This document shows positions 57,773 through 64,000 of a stretch of 64,000 nucleotides of DNA, in pieces (the first letter of the stretch is position 1; each line of letters begins with the position of its first letter). The stretch comes from Piedraia hortae CBS 480.64 (Eukaryota): the NCBI GenBank assembly GCA_010093745.1, contig MU005974.1, positions 62,001-126,000 of the forward strand, read 5' to 3'. The notes below the pieces were generated by a model. It was not told where the DNA came from and made no database searches. It saw only the letters and a list, made by a program, of their open reading frames with translations. The position numbers were made by a program, and so were the translations under genes.

Positions 57773-59798
57773 TCAGTAACGGCGGCCCATGTAGCCGTAA
57801 CGAGGCCCCATGTAGCCGCGCCCCGAGTCCGTGTCAAAACGCCCGTTACGGTGCGAGCCCATGGGGTGCATCGAACGGGTGCTAAATGGCGGGGTGCTGC
57901 ACAACAAAGCCACGCGCGAGCCGAACTTGGAGCCGCGCAACGAAACCATGTGGCGGCGGAGGTGCGTGGCAACTATCTCACGACGATCGGGCTCGGCATA
58001 CATGAGAATCTGCTGGATCAGATAGTTGCCAAACTGATCGCCAGCAATGTCAACGAGCGGCATACGGGGGCGATTGGCGCGAGCCTCGCACACGCGCTCG
58101 AGATAACGATCGAGAAAGTCCGTTCCTCCGACACGAAGACACTTCTCGACAACCTTGGAGGCATACTGATCCACGCTCCACTCGACGGCATAGCGGAGAA
58201 CGTGATCAATAGCCATGGTGCGATCACGCAGGCTCCCATGCTCGCAAATGTGCTGAATGCACCAGTTGCCAAATTGCCCATGCGCGATCACGTTAATACC
58301 GGCAAGGACCTCGTCGAGGCACGGGCGCTTGTCCTGCTCCAGGCAATTTTCGAAAATGTTCTGAACCACCAGGCTGCCCGTTTCGCCCAAGGCAACTTCG
58401 TGCCACATGCCCTTCAAAGCATCGTTGACATTCTTCATAATCTGCGGCGGCGTACCGTTCCAGCGCAGTTCAAACAGCTTCTGCCAAACGTGGCAGGCGT
58501 AGCGGTGTATAACCGTCTCTGGAATGCGAACTAACAATTCATGGACCATAAGCGTCTTGTACTCTTCGGGGACGCTGTCAAAAGCCTTCTGCACGACGTG
58601 GCAGCCAAAGGCATCCATGCTCAGAGTCAACGTGTTGCCGAGAATCGTCTGGGCAATGGCCACAGTCTGCTCAACCGTGCCGTGTTCGAAGCAGCGCTGC
58701 ACGAGGAAATTACCGAAGCGATTGACCATGAGGGGATAGGCCTGATCGATAATGGCCTGGCAGATGTCGAACTTCTGCTCGGGCGAGGCGTTCTTAAGCT
58801 TCTGCTGCAAGAAAATGGAGGCCTGCTGGTCATTGTTGTAGACGATCTTGTCGACCACATAACGCCAATCACAGTTCACATTGCGGTCGAGCAAACGGCG
58901 GTAATTGAGGGGCTCAGTCAAATGCACCCAGCCCGGAGCCTGCGTGGGAGCCATCACGCCGGCGTTGTTCGTCGGACGCACGAATTCGGGAGCCATGGGA
59001 GATAGGCGCGAGGCCGGGACCGTCACATTTCCGAAACGCTGTTGGGCCATGTCGTTGTAGCCGCTCCAGTTGGTCTGAGGATATCCGTTGAGCGTTGAGG
59101 CAGAAGAAGCAGATCCGTAAACGCTGGGCGTGGGGCGGGAGGCACCAATACCGTGCTCCCCTGAATAGGCAAAGCCGTCACGGTTAAAGCCAGCGTACGT
59201 CCCAGCCGTGGGAAGTGAATGACCAACGCCTCCCGCCGTGTGCATCAGATGGTGCGGCACATCATGGGCATTAGCGGCATTAGTGGCGTGAACGGCGTGA
59301 GGAGCTACGTGCTGATCAATACGGGCATAGTGGCCAGTTGTCTCAGGCCACGTCTGCTTCAATCCCTTGGTGGCTCCGATATCATTGCGCCCGTTGTGCG
59401 AGAAGCCCATAGGGTTAAAGTTGGGATCCTGGTTTTCGCGACCAGATTCATCATCATTAACACGGCGGCCGAGATTGCGCGGCTTGGACAGACGATCGAT
59501 AAGAAGATCCATAGTGGCCTGTTCCATGGCCTTGACCTGGGATGTTAGGTGGGAATGTCACAGGAGAGGCGGCAATCATACCTTGTCCGAATTAACAACG
59601 CTACCCGGGTTCTGCGACAAAGGGCCCATTGGCAACCCGGAGCTACGCGCAATCGGCAAACGATACGGCTGTTGCATCATTAGCAATGCCTTTCTCCAAT
59701 GACATCACACTTACCATGGCCTTACGAGGTTCGAAATCATCCTCACAATCATCATAGGCCCCGAAGCTCAGCTCCGAAGCTCCTACGTTACGAGTCAT
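57773..59798 (-). CDS. Second Pumilio-family protein (Mpf1/Puf8-like)
   Basis: PUF repeats SIFLQ, NFLVQ, CHVVQ, CHVWQ, SLVVQ, NWCIQ, SKVVE, NYLIQ. Two predicted 5' exons joined in phase by introns 59669-59714 and 59537-59581. Confidence 0.85.
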
Positions 59799-60902
59799 CC
59801 TGAAAGATTCCGAACGCGATAAGCCAGTCGCGCTATATTCAAGACCAAATGCGAAACTTATGTGCAGATGTCGGGGGATGTGGTCAGAGGTGGAGGTGGA
59901 GGTTCAAAGAAGAGTGTATGGAACAAGAAGAAATCAGACGCGATCCCGCCGGTTTTGCCAGTGAGCGACGCTAGCCAGGGCAAGTGCGCACGTGCGTGTC
60001 GCCGTCACTGTCGAGGAACCAATCATTTAGGAAGGAACGAACGACGCGTGCCCCGCCATCGCGTTGTGGTGGTGGGGTCCAATTGGCTTAAAAGTTGGGT
60101 AAAAATTGATTCAATCATGTCCAAAATCTAGCCTGTCAGAGTATTGATGCTGTCGCTCTCGAGAAGTTCTCGAGGGGAGAATATCAGCGTGGTATTTGTG
60201 ACCGTAGCCTCGCCGTGCAGTACACAACGCGACACAATCAAGAAGCAGCCGATGCCAAAGCGACAAGATTGTCCATCGTTTGATTGGAGACGGAGTCTCG
60301 GTAACGTATAGTTCGTTCTTCAAAGTGTTGCTGCGGTCAGCCGTTGCGAGTAGCTGGGCTTCGACGTCGTCGATTCGGACTCATTGCCGCAGGTTTGTAA
60401 CCTCGGTGTGGGAAGAAGAGATTCTGTATATTGATGCCTTGTTGCAAGGCTTTATCCCATGTTTGCTGCTGATTCCGATTTGATCTGATGAAGTGAAGTC
60501 GGCAACAGCCGGAGTAGGCGGGGGTGGCGTGTGTTGCCAAGAGTTTGCCTTTAACCTTAGCAACTCTTTCCCTGGGGACCGCCATCGCACAAAGTTCATG
60601 ATTACGCATGATAAAAGCAAGATTTTCGGAGACCAGTTCTCAACCAGCAAGGAATTGTTTACTCAACACTTACATACATGCGAGGCCAGATCCGACCCAA
60701 TCATTGGTCGGGAGGCGCAACTCACTCAATCGAACGCCGCAGAGCCACATACACCCTGCATGATCGTGCATTAAGAGAAACTTGTTGTTATTGTTGTTCT
60801 TGTCGACCTAGCATGTAAAATTGTCGTTCAGTCCATCTTGGTAAGCCAGCTCCTCTCATCCTCCGCAGACCAAGCGTTGACAAGAATCATCTTTCTCTCA
60901 CG

Positions 60903-61910
60903 ATGCAATGGAAAGAGCCCCCCAATATGGAAGGCCAGATCTGCACCATCGATGACAAGTCATGGCTCGCCAGCGGCAAGCTCCTAATCTCCCGCGAAAC
61001 GACAGGTCCTTCAGAGGCCGAAAACCGAATTCCTAGCATTGAAGAAGGGGAGACTGTATCTTACAGTTTCCGTGAACTAGCTGATAACGGGCCCGTTCCC
61101 CAAACCCAGCCTGATAAGCCTATTCCATTTCCCATGGTATATTCAGCTGGAACGTATAGCGCAGGGAAGATTGGTTATGCGTATCTGAAGGCGGCACTCA
61201 TTGAGCCATCGGACAACAAGGTCACACGGGAGCATGTTACGCTTGAGGCTATAAGTCACATTGCGCCTAGGTCAGGACTGGAGGTCCCGCGCAGCTTGTA
61301 CCACGGCGAGTGGGATGACAGGTATCTCTTCATCGTGAACGCCATGAAAGGACAAACCCTTAACCGAGCGTGGACGACGATGGAGCATGGCCGCAAGGCT
61401 GACTGCATGCGTCAGGTTGCAAACTTCAAGGTTCTGTAAGCTCCAGAGGCAGACTACACTGGTGGGATGGATGATGGCTACGTCCCCGAGCGCTGGCTTG
61501 CGCCCGGTGCTGATGAAGCAGAGGCTCTTTGTCCAGACAAGCTCAAGCAAAACTGCAAGGACGCGGGGATGGATGTGAGTAGACCGTTTGTGTTACAACA
61601 TAGTGACCTCGAACCGGGAAATGTTCTATTTGACGAGGAAACTGGCAAGGTGAGCATTATCGATTCCGAATGTGTGGGGCACGCTCCGCGGCAGTAGATC
61701 AGGACCAAGTTGACCTTCTGTCCCGGTATGTCCTTTGGGCGCAAAGATATCGGTGTAGATGATCCGAATGATCCGAGATGATTCGAGTGGCGGAAAGTGA
61801 GTTGGGAGGAAATGGGGTTCGAAAATGCAATCAATTCGTGGGATACATGGTATACAGCAAAAGAGGGAGGAAATGGGGGAATGAAGAATGATTGCATCGA
61901 AGAAGATTAG
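60903..61910 (+). pseudogene. Aminoglycoside-phosphotransferase/choline-kinase-like (APH) pseudogene
   Basis: One reading frame with TREHVTL...VPRSLYH...GQTLNRAW...HSDLEPGNVL...IIDSE, interrupted by stops at 61437, 61695 and 61779. Confidence 0.75.
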
Positions 61911-62297
61911 AAGACGACTACTTCTTGTTCATCTTGTTTCCCTTCACCAATTGCTCTCAGTTCTATTTGCACTGTTCAGATGCTATGCGTTGCTGTGCTA
62001 TTATGCGCTACTGCTCCGTCCTATCCGCTTCGGTGGGAGAAATGCCGAGCTTACGCTTCGTCTCAACCGGGGACGTCCTTGCACCCCGTCTTCGGTGGTA
62101 GGTGGATTCAGCTGAACGTACGTGGCACCTCAGACGTTGGCTCCAAAGTGCGCTTACAAATAGCGTCACTCAATAGTTACGTCATAAATCACATGCAGTC
62201 CTGTCACGAACGAAGCTATCGAGCATCACTCAGTTAAGCGGTATTGCACTCTTTTAGCTGGCGGACACATTTCCGTGGAAAACAGCAACCCACCACA

Positions 62298-64000
62298 ATG
62301 CCTGATCAGCGGGCGCGGGAGGCCAACAGGCCGCGACAAGGATGGGAGGACGTAGCGTGGTCAGTTGCAAAAAACCTTCTCATCTTTGGAGCCATACAGT
62401 ACGCCATGAGGCAGTTCATGGGAACCGGCAACCAAGCGAAAGCGCCTACACCAAACACGACCCCTGAGGCTGTACCATTACAGTCCCAATGGAGTGCTAC
62501 CCCGCAGACAATATACCCTCTATGGCAGAGTAATGCCAGTGTGGACCTGAGCATGTACGTTAGTCCCGGTTTGGTCATGCCAAGACTTCACACCATGCCT
62601 CCCGAAAGCTTAATCGTGGATGTCAAGAACTTCTCTTTGGATACGAGCAAGCGGGATCGCAGAAAAGTTCACAAGACGTTCAAAGTGCCACACGAAGTTC
62701 AGCGAAATGGTACCTTGTGGGCCCACATATTCGTTGCCCAGACTGGATCGGAAATGGATCCAGCAAGCCCAGAGTACGATAGACAGAAAGCGTACTGGAT
62801 GGTACGACCCTTGACGCAGTATCTGGCGAAGAAGAAGGTTGAAAAAACGCGAAACTTGCTCGAGGCTAAGAACGAAAGTGATACTTTGGTCCCCAAAGGC
62901 CCGACTATCGCCTCTTATTACCACCCTAACATCAGCCTCTCGCTTATTCCCGAAGCCGGTGCAGTACAGTTGTCTCAGATGCATCCTGCGGTTCGTCAGT
63001 ATTACACGCTCGAATCCAGCGGCGGCCCCGATGGCACCGGCAGACAAGCTTGGTTTTACCCGCCGCTGTACGTCAACACGTTTTGGCAGTTGAAGTCTCA
63101 AATGACGGAGCTCAACGATACCGAGCCAGTCGAGACGTTGCCAATGAACGTCGACATCAACACCATGCCACATTGGCAATTCTCAATCATGGCATCTCTG
63201 GACGAGGGGATGAAGGAAACAGCACGTAGAGCAGCATACGGACAGTCAACCGCTGGTGGTGGCGATGGTACGGAGCTGGAAACCATTAAAGAGGTTCTCC
63301 TCAACACAAACCCATGGCTGCTGGGAACTACTGGCGTGGTCAGCATTCTGCACATGTTGTTTGAGCTCCTTGCATTCAAATCCGACGTTGGACATTGGCG
63401 TAATAAGAAAGACAATGTTGGAGTGTCCGTACGCACCATCATCTCCAACGTAGTGATGCAGACCATCATCTTCCTCTACCTCGTCGACAATAACGAGAAC
63501 ACATCATGGATGATCCTCTTCGGACAAGGCGTTGGCATCCTCATTGAGGCATGGAAAGTGACCAAGACGGTTGATGTGCGCATTCGTCAGTCCACCCCAG
63601 GGTCGTGGTTCGCCAAGCTGGGCTCTCCGTACGCAATCGTCTTCGAAGACAAACACAAATTGTCGGAGACGGAGGAGAAGACAGAAGAATACGACCGCAT
63701 CGCGTTCAAATACATGGGCATAATTGCCGTGCCCCTGCTGCTCGCCTATGCGACCTACTCTCTAGTCTATGAAACCCACAAGAGCTGGTACTCGTTCATC
63801 ATCACAACATTGGTTGGCTCCGTCTACGCATATGGCTTCCTAATGATGGTCCCCTCGCTGTACATCAACTACCGCCTAAAGTCCGTCGCGCACATGCCCG
63901 CGCGAGCAATGATGTACAAGTTCCTCAACACATTCATCGACGACCTCTTTGCATTCACCATTAAAATGCCCCTTCTGCACCGCCTCGCGACATTCAGAGA
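62298..64000 (+). CDS. CLPTM1-family membrane protein (partial, runs off the window)
   Basis: Open from ATG 62298 to the window end: NGTLWAHIF, TNPWLL...LAFKSDVGHWR, LYINYRLKSVAHMP...YKFLNTFIDDLFAF. Absent from the ORF track because no stop codon is reached. Confidence 0.92.
   Translation, partial: MPDQRAREANRPRQGWEDVAWSVAKNLLIFGAIQYAMRQFMGTGNQAKAPTPNTTPEAVPLQSQWSATPQTIYPLWQSNASVDLSMYVSPGLVMPRLHTMPPESLIVDVKNFSLDTSKRDRRKVHKTFKVPHEVQRNGTLWAHIFVAQTGSEMDPASPEYDRQKAYWMVRPLTQYLAKKKVEKTRNLLEAKNESDTLVPKGPTIASYYHPNISLSLIPEAGAVQLSQMHPAVRQYYTLESSGGPDGTGRQAWFYPPLYVNTFWQLKSQMTELNDTEPVETLPMNVDINTMPHWQFSIMASLDEGMKETARRAAYGQSTAGGGDGTELETIKEVLLNTNPWLLGTTGVVSILHMLFELLAFKSDVGHWRNKKDNVGVSVRTIISNVVMQTIIFLYLVDNNENTSWMILFGQGVGILIEAWKVTKTVDVRIRQSTPGSWFAKLGSPYAIVFEDKHKLSETEEKTEEYDRIAFKYMGIIAVPLLLAYATYSLVYETHKSWYSFIITTLVGSVYAYGFLMMVPSLYINYRLKSVAHMPARAMMYKFLNTFIDDLFAFTIKMPLLHRLATFR

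Noticed and set aside
57764..59548. Long plus-strand ORFs opposite the second PUF gene (likewise opposite SEY1, TRS120 and NLR copy C)
   Set aside because: Antisense shadows of real genes with no recognisable motifs.

Overview
Eukaryotic, gene-dense DNA with very short GT-AG introns (42-57 nt). The gene set points to a filamentous ascomycete with a compact genome (inference). The conserved backbone, in order: TRS120, TSC2, a Puf3-type PUF, eIF6, a CBF1-type bHLH, an ABCA and an ABCG transporter, a MOSC-less molybdenum-cofactor-sulfurase-like PLP enzyme, EMC7, a PMP47-type peroxisomal carrier, an Abp2-like protein, a Sly41-like transporter, SEY1, PHS1, a second PUF, an APH-like kinase pseudogene and CLPTM1 (runs off the window). 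Accessory islands carry three paralogous NACHT-WD40 NLR genes in different states. Copy A has an open NACHT half but a destroyed, partly inverted WD40 half. Copy B is intact. Copy C is split by a 1-bp frameshift at the NACHT/WD40 junction. hAT and LTR-retroelement relics lie nearby. The most notable items missed by the ORF track are a stand-alone 41-aa TFIIB-type zinc-ribbon microprotein ORF (37778-37903), the apparently repeated loss of the NLR sensor domain, and paired CACGTG boxes upstream of CBF1 and in the TRS120/TSC2 promoter. All assignments come from reading motifs by eye; no searches were run.
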